Shown: positions 20,926-28,922, counted from the first letter of the stretch. The stretch: DNA of 31,820 nt from a virus (IMGVR_UViG_3300046820_002180:1-31820); one strand, 5' to 3'. A program made the numbers and translations. The notes: a model not told the origin generated them from the letters alone.

Positions 20926-22656
20926 ATGGGATTAGTAATTAGACTGCACGACATTGTATCACCTAGTGTGAGCGGGTTTACCGTTTCATATAAAGAAGGT
21001 AGTTCACCATACCCAATGAATAGTGGGTATATCACATATGCAGATTTTCCATCAGGAACATCCACAGTTAATATTAGTGGAGTAACATTAAATTTTAATA
21101 GTAATTATTGGGTTAAAATTACCGATAAATTTACAGGTAGATATATTATTGAGAATATTGAGACGAATGACCCAATTGCTTATATGGACTGTTGTCCTCA
21201 ACCAGTTGGTTTAGGGGCAGTTTGTTATCATAGTTGTTACCCACCAACAATTAATAGTATTACTTGTGTTGGATTGGTACCACCGACAGCAACTCCGACT
21301 CCGACTCCGACTCCGACTCCGACTCCTACACCAACAGCAACTGTAATAGGACCAACCGCCACCCCAACTCCAACTCCTACAAGTACCCCCACACCAACAC
21401 CGACACCAACAGAAACAGGTGATAGTTGCTTGTGTTATTGCGTCACTTATGATGTGAATGATTTACCAAATGACTTATATGTTAGATACTCTGTTTGTGG
21501 AACTGCGAGTGTTGAAACAGAATTAATTTCTGCAATAGAAAGTATGGATAATGGTGATGGAACCACAACTGCGTGTATTTGTGTGAAACAAGGTGGGGCA
21601 TATTCAACACCGGTATGTGTACAGGGAGGTCTTGAAATACTTTGTCCTGAGGGAGTTACTTGGTCAATGGGTAGTAGTTGTACATCATCCGCCACTTGTT
21701 TTATAGTGAGTGACCCTACACCAACAGCAACCCCAACTCCAACCCCTACACCTACAGCAACCCCAACACCTTATTATTTATTATTAAGTCGTTGTGATTC
21801 TGCACCAAATACAGTAACAGGATGGACTATGAATGCGTACACACAATCACAAATAATGGTTGGCGATATATTCTATTCTGCTGGACAATATTATTATCAA
21901 GTGATTAATTATCAAACAGCACAACCAAATCCTGCAGGTATTATAGATGGTACTAAGTCAAATGATTACACATCTTGCGACCAAACACCCGGACATTATG
22001 TTGCACCAACACCTGACCCAGGACAATCAATATTAATTCATATAGGACAAACATTTAGTAACACAACCCAACCTTGTGCAATGTATGAATCTGCAATTGC
22101 AACCAATAGTGCTACGGTATACTTAAATGGACATAACATACCGGTTAATGGTGATTATGCATATAACACCGCCGCTTGTAATGTTGGTGATGAATATAGT
22201 GGTAACTCTAATTACTATGCTGCACTTGCTAATAGTACTAGATATACATTTACAATTGGAAGTGGGGGATATATTAATAACGTTACAGCTTGTGGAGCAA
22301 TACCAACAGCAACTGCGACTCCTACACCAACTCCTACCCCGACCTCTATACCATTAGTTGGATTGTTTAAGTCACAAGGATTGTTAGAATTTAATAGTCA
22401 TTGTGGTAATAACTATTTAATCAATAGTCCATTCTATGGTGAAACAACTTCAATTAATAGTTTATACGGAACATACGTATATTCAGACACAAACTACACA
22501 CCACTTGATGGTGAAAGTAAATGGTATGCGGTAGGTAGTGATGACCAAGCGAATACTTCAGATTTACCATACTACTCAGTACAAATTGCGGGTAATGGCG
22601 AAGTAACAAGTGTTCAATACATAACAAGCTGTTCTGGTGGAGGAAGTCAGGCATAA
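20926..22656 (+). CDS. TP-linker, Cys-rich multi-module protein (576 aa), putative decoration/adhesin
   Basis: Start revised from 20791 to 20926 (MGLVIRL), because the longer version overlaps the previous gene and crosses a terminator. Several TP linkers separate the modules. Ends CSGGGSQA. Confidence 0.75.
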   Translation: MGLVIRLHDIVSPSVSGFTVSYKEGSSPYPMNSGYITYADFPSGTSTVNISGVTLNFNSNYWVKITDKFTGRYIIENIETNDPIAYMDCCPQPVGLGAVCYHSCYPPTINSITCVGLVPPTATPTPTPTPTPTPTPTATVIGPTATPTPTPTSTPTPTPTPTETGDSCLCYCVTYDVNDLPNDLYVRYSVCGTASVETELISAIESMDNGDGTTTACICVKQGGAYSTPVCVQGGLEILCPEGVTWSMGSSCTSSATCFIVSDPTPTATPTPTPTPTATPTPYYLLLSRCDSAPNTVTGWTMNAYTQSQIMVGDIFYSAGQYYYQVINYQTAQPNPAGIIDGTKSNDYTSCDQTPGHYVAPTPDPGQSILIHIGQTFSNTTQPCAMYESAIATNSATVYLNGHNIPVNGDYAYNTAACNVGDEYSGNSNYYAALANSTRYTFTIGSGGYINNVTACGAIPTATATPTPTPTPTSIPLVGLFKSQGLLEFNSHCGNNYLINSPFYGETTSINSLYGTYVYSDTNYTPLDGESKWYAVGSDDQANTSDLPYYSVQIAGNGEVTSVQYITSCSGGGSQA

Positions 22657-22679
22657 TGAAATAAAATTATAAATAAAAA

Positions 22680-24113
22680 ATGGCAGTAGCAAGCATAACG
22701 GTTAATTACACGGCGAGTTGTACAGGATGTACACAAGAATATAGGTATGCCCTTAGTAGTGGTAATATCAATACCGCTACAGTTATACCATATTCAGGTT
22801 CGTCACCTATAGTCATTACAGGTTTAACGACGGGTAATTCGTATGTTTTTCAAATGAGAAATGTGTGTGAATTAATTTCAAGTGATTGGACAAGTGTACA
22901 AACCGTAACCTGTGAAGGAGTAATAACACCTACAGCCACACCTACAGCCACACCTACAGCAACTCCTACTCCTACACCAACGGCAACTGTGGCGGGACCT
23001 ACTGCAACACCAACACCTACACCTACTCCGACCGCAACTATTGCAGTACCAACCCCAACCCCAACACCGACCCCTACATTGAATATAGTTGACCCTGAAG
23101 ACCCAATAGTATATTATTACTATGCTTTAGGTAATTGTAATGATATGAGATACTCAGGTACCGAAACGACTGTTTTTGGTATTGGAGCACCATTAGTGGT
23201 TCCTGTTTGTATGACCTCTGCACAAATTACTCAATGGTATTCTACAGCTAATTTTGCACAACAATCGTTAAGTATTGATTACGACGACCCTTGTGGTTTT
23301 GGTGATAACTATTCGGGAGTTGCCATTGGTAGAAGTACCACACAATTAACAGAAGGAACAGTTTATCTTGTTGGTAACAATTGTTTATCAATTGTTGCAG
23401 TTGAAACACAATACGTTCAAAATTGGAGCGTGAATTTAGATGGAATCTCACCAATAGGTGGTGATAATCCTTGTGGAGCTTGTGACCCACCATTTACAGG
23501 ATATACACTTGCAGGATATAGTGGTGTGACTTGTGATACAGGTGAAAATATCCTTGCGGTATCAATACTTGGTAGTTTAGTGGTGGGTAATGAATATGGA
23601 ATACAATTGTATAGTGGGAATACTCCTATGGCCAATACTAGATGTATGACTATCAACGCCAATCTTGGTCCTCAACTTACTCTTACGGACCCAATAAATA
23701 ATCCATATTCAGGACATCATATCACAGATGGAGGACCATTTGTGTTAGGACAACCAATATTCCAAGGATATACCGATTGTGGAACTTGTAATGCAACACC
23801 TAAAAAATATAAAATAGATGGAGTAAGGTGTGACAACTCTCAATATAGTGTAACTGTATGGTCAAATACATTACCAACAATTGGAATTAACGATACGTTT
23901 AGAGTTAATGATTCATTCTTAAACACATTCTGTTGGAAGGTAATAGCAAAAGATAATTATAAAACAGTAGTATATGGATATCCTGAATATAGTATTTTGG
24001 ATACAGGATGTTCACCTTGTGACGGAACCCCACCAACAACACCAGCACCTACTCCAACCGATAGTGGAGGAAGTGGAGGTAGTGGAGGAAGCTCTGGAGG
24101 ATACAGCGGTTAA
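22680..24113 (+). CDS. FN3-like N-domain + TP linker + three Cys-rich repeats (477 aa), putative adhesin
   Basis: ITGLTTGNSYVFQMRNVC...SDW is FN3-like. Three repeats end in CxxC (CGAC, CGTC, CSPC). Gly/Ser tail. Confidence 0.75.
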   Translation: MAVASITVNYTASCTGCTQEYRYALSSGNINTATVIPYSGSSPIVITGLTTGNSYVFQMRNVCELISSDWTSVQTVTCEGVITPTATPTATPTATPTPTPTATVAGPTATPTPTPTPTATIAVPTPTPTPTPTLNIVDPEDPIVYYYYALGNCNDMRYSGTETTVFGIGAPLVVPVCMTSAQITQWYSTANFAQQSLSIDYDDPCGFGDNYSGVAIGRSTTQLTEGTVYLVGNNCLSIVAVETQYVQNWSVNLDGISPIGGDNPCGACDPPFTGYTLAGYSGVTCDTGENILAVSILGSLVVGNEYGIQLYSGNTPMANTRCMTINANLGPQLTLTDPINNPYSGHHITDGGPFVLGQPIFQGYTDCGTCNATPKKYKIDGVRCDNSQYSVTVWSNTLPTIGINDTFRVNDSFLNTFCWKVIAKDNYKTVVYGYPEYSILDTGCSPCDGTPPTTPAPTPTDSGGSGGSGGSSGGYSG

Positions 24114-24127
24114 AAAAAATTAAATAT

Positions 24128-24772
24128 ATGGGAACATTTAATAGAGAAGCTAATTTAAACGATAGTGTTTTTTTTCAAAGAGGAGTTGTTAAAACAACAA
24201 ATCATTGGACAAGACCATCGTATCAAAAAGTCTATGATTTTTTATTTAATTTATATCTTAAATCAACAATCATTAAAGATTATGATGTTTATTTAATGGG
24301 AGGAGTTTTATTTGATTTCAATAACACTTGGGATTTAGATATGTGTCTTGTCGGAGGTAACCACACTGATGAAAAAATAGAAAAAGATTTAAATTTTATG
24401 ATGGATATGGGATTAAATCAATTTAATCTATTATTAGATGTTACTTGGTATGAACAAAGACCATCCAATTTAAGATATGACCAAATGGTTGAAAACGAGT
24501 TTAAACCGGACAATATTATTCACAAAAAAATAGGATATACCAAAAAACAAATTAATAATGAATTTGAAGAAAAAGATTTAAGAAATGACTCAAACTTTAT
24601 TTTATTGAGTGACTATTTGGTTCAAGGAAATTATGGAGTAAATGGTAGACATACCGAAAAAATGATAAATAAAGTTCAAAATAACACGAAACCGGAAACA
24701 ATAACAACATTTAGTGTTATGGATTTTTTAAAAGAAAATGAAAGTTATTTCCATTCTAACACAAATAGATAA
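24128..24772 (+). CDS. Pol-beta-superfamily nucleotidyltransferase-like protein (214 aa)
   Basis: VYLMGGVL-x6-WDLDMCL gives the hG[GS]...DxD motif. The third acidic residue is in LLLDVTW. Confidence 0.7.
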   Translation: MGTFNREANLNDSVFFQRGVVKTTNHWTRPSYQKVYDFLFNLYLKSTIIKDYDVYLMGGVLFDFNNTWDLDMCLVGGNHTDEKIEKDLNFMMDMGLNQFNLLLDVTWYEQRPSNLRYDQMVENEFKPDNIIHKKIGYTKKQINNEFEEKDLRNDSNFILLSDYLVQGNYGVNGRHTEKMINKVQNNTKPETITTFSVMDFLKENESYFHSNTNR

Positions 24773-24784
24773 AATAAAAAAACG

Positions 24785-24791
24785 TATTTAT
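24785..24791 (+). promoter_or_regulatory. TATTTAT motif, putative late promoter
   Basis: 5 nt upstream of the ATG at 24797. Confidence 0.6.
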
Positions 24792-24796
24792 ACTAA

Positions 24797-25918
24797 ATGG
24801 CACAATTAATATTAACTTGGTCACCACCGGCAGATTGTAGCGGATGTACTTACGAATATAGGTATAAGTTATCAAGCGCATCGACGTATGTGACAGGTGC
24901 AACTAGTAATACTATTGTGACTATTAATGGATTAATTGATGCACAAACATACAATTATAGTGTTAGGACTATATGTCCTGATGCTGGTGGTAATTTAAGA
25001 AGTAGATGGTTAAATAATAGTTCAGTTACTTGTAACACGAATCCACCATTACAACCCACACCTACACCAACAATTACCCCAACACCTACCGCAACGGGTA
25101 CACCTACACCAACCCCTACACCGACAGCAACGGTATCGGCACCAACCGTAACTCCGACCCCTACACCGACTCCTACTCCTACAACAACTGTTGGTTCTTG
25201 TTTAAGTGGTACATTAGAAGCTACAGGTAATTGTTCGGGTTATGAGTCGTCAACATTTACATTAGCAAGTGGATATCAAGCAACAATTACACCATCGGGA
25301 TATTTCTTTAGTGGTACAGGAACAAGATATGCATATGCTTACTTAAGAACAAACACAGGTACAAATATTCAAGAGTTTATATTAACACAAACTAACAGTA
25401 ATACTCCAACTTTTTCACCTGCAACATACACAATCACAACACCGGGAACATATCAATTATATGGTCAACAGGTCAATTGTGGTCAAAATGGTGGAACAGG
25501 TGGTTCAGGTCTTATTAAATTAACTGTTGGTAATTGTCAAGTTTTATCAACCCCAACACCGACCCCTACACCAACGTCAGCACCTTTAAATAGATTTTAT
25601 GTAGCCTCACCGGTTGCTGATATTGATACAACATATTGTGTTTCGCCTGGTTATGTATTAACAGGTGCACTATGGTCATATGCAACTACAGTAAGTGGTT
25701 TAATGAATCAACAAGTTTATATTGACCAATATGGTGATGATGTGTTCGTTGGAGTAGATGGTTATAAGTATGGAATTTCTTTAACAGCGGGAATAAATAC
25801 ATATACTGATGGAACATCTAACTATTATTTAATTCAAATCGACCAATATGGGTATGTATATAATGTACTAGCACCAAATTGTGGTACTTCTGGAGGTGGA
25901 GGTGATATACCACTATAA
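24797..25918 (+). CDS. FN3-like N-domain + TP linkers + two modules (373 aa), putative adhesin
   Basis: LTWSPP...CSGCTYEYRYK...INGLIDAQTYNYSVRTIC is paralogous to the N-domain of 22680-24113. The C-module resembles the last module of 20926-22656. Ends CGTSGGGGDIPL. Confidence 0.75.
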   Translation: MAQLILTWSPPADCSGCTYEYRYKLSSASTYVTGATSNTIVTINGLIDAQTYNYSVRTICPDAGGNLRSRWLNNSSVTCNTNPPLQPTPTPTITPTPTATGTPTPTPTPTATVSAPTVTPTPTPTPTPTTTVGSCLSGTLEATGNCSGYESSTFTLASGYQATITPSGYFFSGTGTRYAYAYLRTNTGTNIQEFILTQTNSNTPTFSPATYTITTPGTYQLYGQQVNCGQNGGTGGSGLIKLTVGNCQVLSTPTPTPTPTSAPLNRFYVASPVADIDTTYCVSPGYVLTGALWSYATTVSGLMNQQVYIDQYGDDVFVGVDGYKYGISLTAGINTYTDGTSNYYLIQIDQYGYVYNVLAPNCGTSGGGGDIPL

Positions 25919-25934
25919 TAAAACATAAAAAGAA

Positions 25935-25941
25935 TATTTAT
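25935..25941 (+). promoter_or_regulatory. TATTTAT motif, putative late promoter
   Basis: 5 nt upstream of the ATG at 25947. Confidence 0.6.
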
Positions 25942-25946
25942 AACAT

Positions 25947-28133
25947 ATGAGTTTTTTACACGAGAATGAATCAGAACATATAGCAGCAAGAATTACCAAT
26001 GAGGGTAGACAAAAAATTGCTGAAGGTAATTTCAACATTACCTACTTCCAAGTGGGTGATTCTGAATACGACTATAATTTTGAGGAGTATGACGGTACTA
26101 CCGGTACCACAAACCCATCTCAAAAGGTATTCACACCTTTGGATAAAGATTCTATTGTAAAATATCCATATAAATTATCAGAATCTACAGTCACAGGTAC
26201 AACATTCGGTAACCCCGTTCAAGTTTCTCAAATTGAAACAATTAGAAATGAAATGGGACCTGCTGGATTTGTTTCTGCTTATTTAGAATATGATGGAATT
26301 CCTTGTACAGGGACAACAGTTGAATGTTCAAATGAAAAAATACCTGTTTCTGCATTATCAGGAACTACAACGTTATACTTAACTGGAAATACATTTTCAA
26401 ATTGTGAGTTTATTACAATAGCATTTACTGAATTAGTTGGTACTGACTTAAATTGTCCAATTATTTCTGGCACATCAACAAGTTTAATATATAGAGTAAC
26501 AAATTTTGTTTCAGGATTAACGTTTAACACATTAACATTAGATAGAGCAACTCCGAGTATGTCAAACATATGTTCGGGAGGTTCGGCGACTGTTATGTGT
26601 AATAAATGTAATCCATTTTTCCCTGGTCCATATGAAACTGATTTAACTTGTTTACCAAATACACAAAACCCTGAAGACCAACAAGACCCTTGGACATTAA
26701 ACATTGTGTGGAGTGAAAGACCTGCGGGTGTTAAAAATCAAGGAGCTGAGATACAAGAATATGTTAGTGGATACACAAGTAACGTATTTGTTTCAACCAA
26801 AGAATTTTTAGGATATGGTTCTTCATCAGGACAGACAGTTAACACAGGTACAACCATCACAAATAGTTTTGGTGATTCTGTAATTGTTTTACCTGAGGAA
26901 CAACATAGTATTGCTATTATTCATTATTCAGAACTTAATACAGAAAGAGAACCTGAAAAATTCTTTAAGTATGAAGATTATATTAGTACTAATAATAGTG
27001 TAGTAGATGCTTTATTATACGATTCAGATGATGAGCCGGTAACAGACTTAGATTATTTTGAAGTTTATATTCCATTTATTTATTATCATAGAAATACAGG
27101 GACAACAGTAGGTGCAAGATTCACAATGGACACTACAGATTATTTTGTTAACTCTACAGCTATTGATACTAAATTAAATAAATTAAAATATAGATATCTT
27201 TTAGATGAAAGAGGATATAGAGTAGGTAGAGTTTATGTAAATCATAAAGTAATTGTATTTGACGACCAAGAAATTGTTGCAGTCTTAGATTACAAATCTA
27301 ATAGAAAATACACCTTACCAATTCCAAGAGTTGCACAAGTTCCTGTTGATACTAAATGTAGCACAACAGGAAACCCGTTAGAACCTTTAATGAGTGGAAC
27401 AACAGGTCAAACTGTTTTTGTAACATATCTATTAGAATTTAGTGGGTCAACTTCATTACATTGTAATCACTATTCAAAAATTACAGGTACATCATTAAAT
27501 GCTGATATATCATTTAGATTCTCAGACAATGATTGGGTTCATATGAAATCAACCAAGTGTGGATTTAAAAATGGATTTATAGCTGACAAATTATATGCGT
27601 TAGTTCAATTGGTAGATACAGGAGACCAACCACAAACAGATTTGTGGAGAAAAATTAACATTACATCTGATATTCCGAACCATATGGCTATGAGTGGTAA
27701 CACAGGAGGATTAATTGACCCTGATAATCTTAGAGGTGCTCGTTTTGTAATAACAAACGATGATTATGATAATGTGATTAATTATGTACCATACGACATT
27801 GAAGACCATTTAGGTGAATTACCGAATCAACCGGCACCTTATGATAACGGTAGTTTTTATCAAACCACACCTCAATTTGGAGACGAACAACCATTCCCTG
27901 GTAGTATTAAATTGGTAAGAGCTTCTGACTTAACGGTTATGAGATTTTTAGTAAACCTACCAAATGGTGAATTTACCACAACACAAAATCCAAGTTATAC
28001 AACAGGTAAAACCAAACGAATAACTGAAGTCGGTTTATTCAATAGTAACAAAGAACTTTTAGTTATTGGTAAAACACCAAAACCAATTCATAGAGTGGGT
28101 ACACAAGTTTTTGCAGTAAAAATTGACCTCTAA
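25947..28133 (+). CDS. Baseplate / tail-fibre attachment protein (tail-collar-fibre, DUF3751-like termini) with a large insertion
   Basis: N-terminal ARITNEGRQKIA...ITYFQVGDSE and C-terminal ITEVGLFNSNKELLVIGKTPKPI match the two ends of the P2 gpH-N/DUF3751-like fold. Confidence 0.65.
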   Translation: MSFLHENESEHIAARITNEGRQKIAEGNFNITYFQVGDSEYDYNFEEYDGTTGTTNPSQKVFTPLDKDSIVKYPYKLSESTVTGTTFGNPVQVSQIETIRNEMGPAGFVSAYLEYDGIPCTGTTVECSNEKIPVSALSGTTTLYLTGNTFSNCEFITIAFTELVGTDLNCPIISGTSTSLIYRVTNFVSGLTFNTLTLDRATPSMSNICSGGSATVMCNKCNPFFPGPYETDLTCLPNTQNPEDQQDPWTLNIVWSERPAGVKNQGAEIQEYVSGYTSNVFVSTKEFLGYGSSSGQTVNTGTTITNSFGDSVIVLPEEQHSIAIIHYSELNTEREPEKFFKYEDYISTNNSVVDALLYDSDDEPVTDLDYFEVYIPFIYYHRNTGTTVGARFTMDTTDYFVNSTAIDTKLNKLKYRYLLDERGYRVGRVYVNHKVIVFDDQEIVAVLDYKSNRKYTLPIPRVAQVPVDTKCSTTGNPLEPLMSGTTGQTVFVTYLLEFSGSTSLHCNHYSKITGTSLNADISFRFSDNDWVHMKSTKCGFKNGFIADKLYALVQLVDTGDQPQTDLWRKINITSDIPNHMAMSGNTGGLIDPDNLRGARFVITNDDYDNVINYVPYDIEDHLGELPNQPAPYDNGSFYQTTPQFGDEQPFPGSIKLVRASDLTVMRFLVNLPNGEFTTTQNPSYTTGKTKRITEVGLFNSNKELLVIGKTPKPIHRVGTQVFAVKIDL

Positions 28134-28136
28134 CCA

Positions 28137-28167
28137 TTTACAAAACAAATAATATTATTTATATATT
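28137..28167 (+). promoter_or_regulatory. Putative promoter of the resolvase gene: TATTTAT (28156-28162) overlapping a sigma70-like TTTACA-N17-TATATA
   Basis: Both elements are visible in the intergenic gap, but the AT-rich context makes chance matches possible. Confidence 0.4.
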
Positions 28168-28172
28168 ATTTT

Positions 28173-28784
28173 ATGGAGAACAATTTAAAAAACAAAGCGA
28201 AGATTTTGGGATTGGATATCTCAACTAAAACAATTGGTTGGGCATTATTTGATATCAATAGTTCTAAATTATTGGAACTAACACACTTTTCCCCTAAAAT
28301 TAAACCACAACCTGAAGATAAAATTGAAGAATTATTATTGAAGGCTGAAGCGTTTAAAAAACATTTATTGGAATATAAAAATATGGGAATCACTCGAGTA
28401 GTGATTGAAGAACCGTTATTACAATCAAATAACATTTATACGGTAGGAACACTATTACGTTACAATACATTAATTTTAAAGAACTGTTATGACGTATTGG
28501 GAATTGTTCCCACATTCATCTCAACATATAACGCAAGAAAATTTGCATTCCCCGATTTAGTAGGAGCAAACGACAAAGGTCGTAATGTTTTATTTGGTGG
28601 TTATCCAAAAGATATTGATAAAAAACACGTTATTTGGGAACACGTTAATAACGTATGTCCTGATGTTAAATGGTTATATGGTAAAACAGGAAGTCTTAAA
28701 AAAGAAAATTATGATATGAGTGACGCAGCAACTGCAGTCATCGGATATGTCAATATGATTAAGAGTGAAAAATCCGGCAACTAA
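28173..28784 (+). CDS. ruvC: RuvC-like Holliday junction resolvase
   Basis: ILGLDISTKTIGW, VVIEEP and DMSDA supply the RNase H-fold catalytic D/E/D/D. Confidence 0.85.
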   Translation: MENNLKNKAKILGLDISTKTIGWALFDINSSKLLELTHFSPKIKPQPEDKIEELLLKAEAFKKHLLEYKNMGITRVVIEEPLLQSNNIYTVGTLLRYNTLILKNCYDVLGIVPTFISTYNARKFAFPDLVGANDKGRNVLFGGYPKDIDKKHVIWEHVNNVCPDVKWLYGKTGSLKKENYDMSDAATAVIGYVNMIKSEKSGN

Positions 28785-28812
28785 TATTTCACTTTAGAAT
28801 TTTATTATTCTA

Positions 28813-28819
28813 TATTTAT
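28813..28819 (+). promoter_or_regulatory. TATTTAT motif upstream of the small RNA candidate
   Basis: Same heptamer, about 5 nt before the GC-rich element. No ATG follows. Confidence 0.5.
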
Positions 28820-28823
28820 TAAT

Positions 28824-28895
28824 AGGACGGGACGTGGGTTAAAATCCACGTTTGGTTGGTGTTCCCTCGGAGTGGTGTCCGAGGGATTTTTTTTT
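28824..28895 (+). ncRNA. Candidate ~70-nt small RNA or attenuator (two hairpins)
   Basis: Hairpin GGACGTGGGT-TAAA-ATCCACGTTT, a G/T-rich linker, then the terminator hairpin. Has its own promoter motif. Confidence 0.5.
28863..28895 (+). terminator. Rho-independent terminator
   Basis: Perfect 9-bp stem TCCCTCGGA-GTGGTG-TCCGAGGGA followed by T9. Confidence 0.9.
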
Positions 28896-28922
28896 CTCCT
28901 TTTTTTTCCTTATATTTTTCTT

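Noticed and set aside
20142-25918. Diversity-generating retroelement or invertase shufflon driving adhesin variation
   Set aside because: No reverse transcriptase, no TR/VR pair differing at adenines, and no recombinase or inverted cassettes in the window.
28872-28922. GTG start and Phe-rich extension of primase
   Set aside because: It is the translation of the terminator stem and T run. The ATG at 28923 is preferred.
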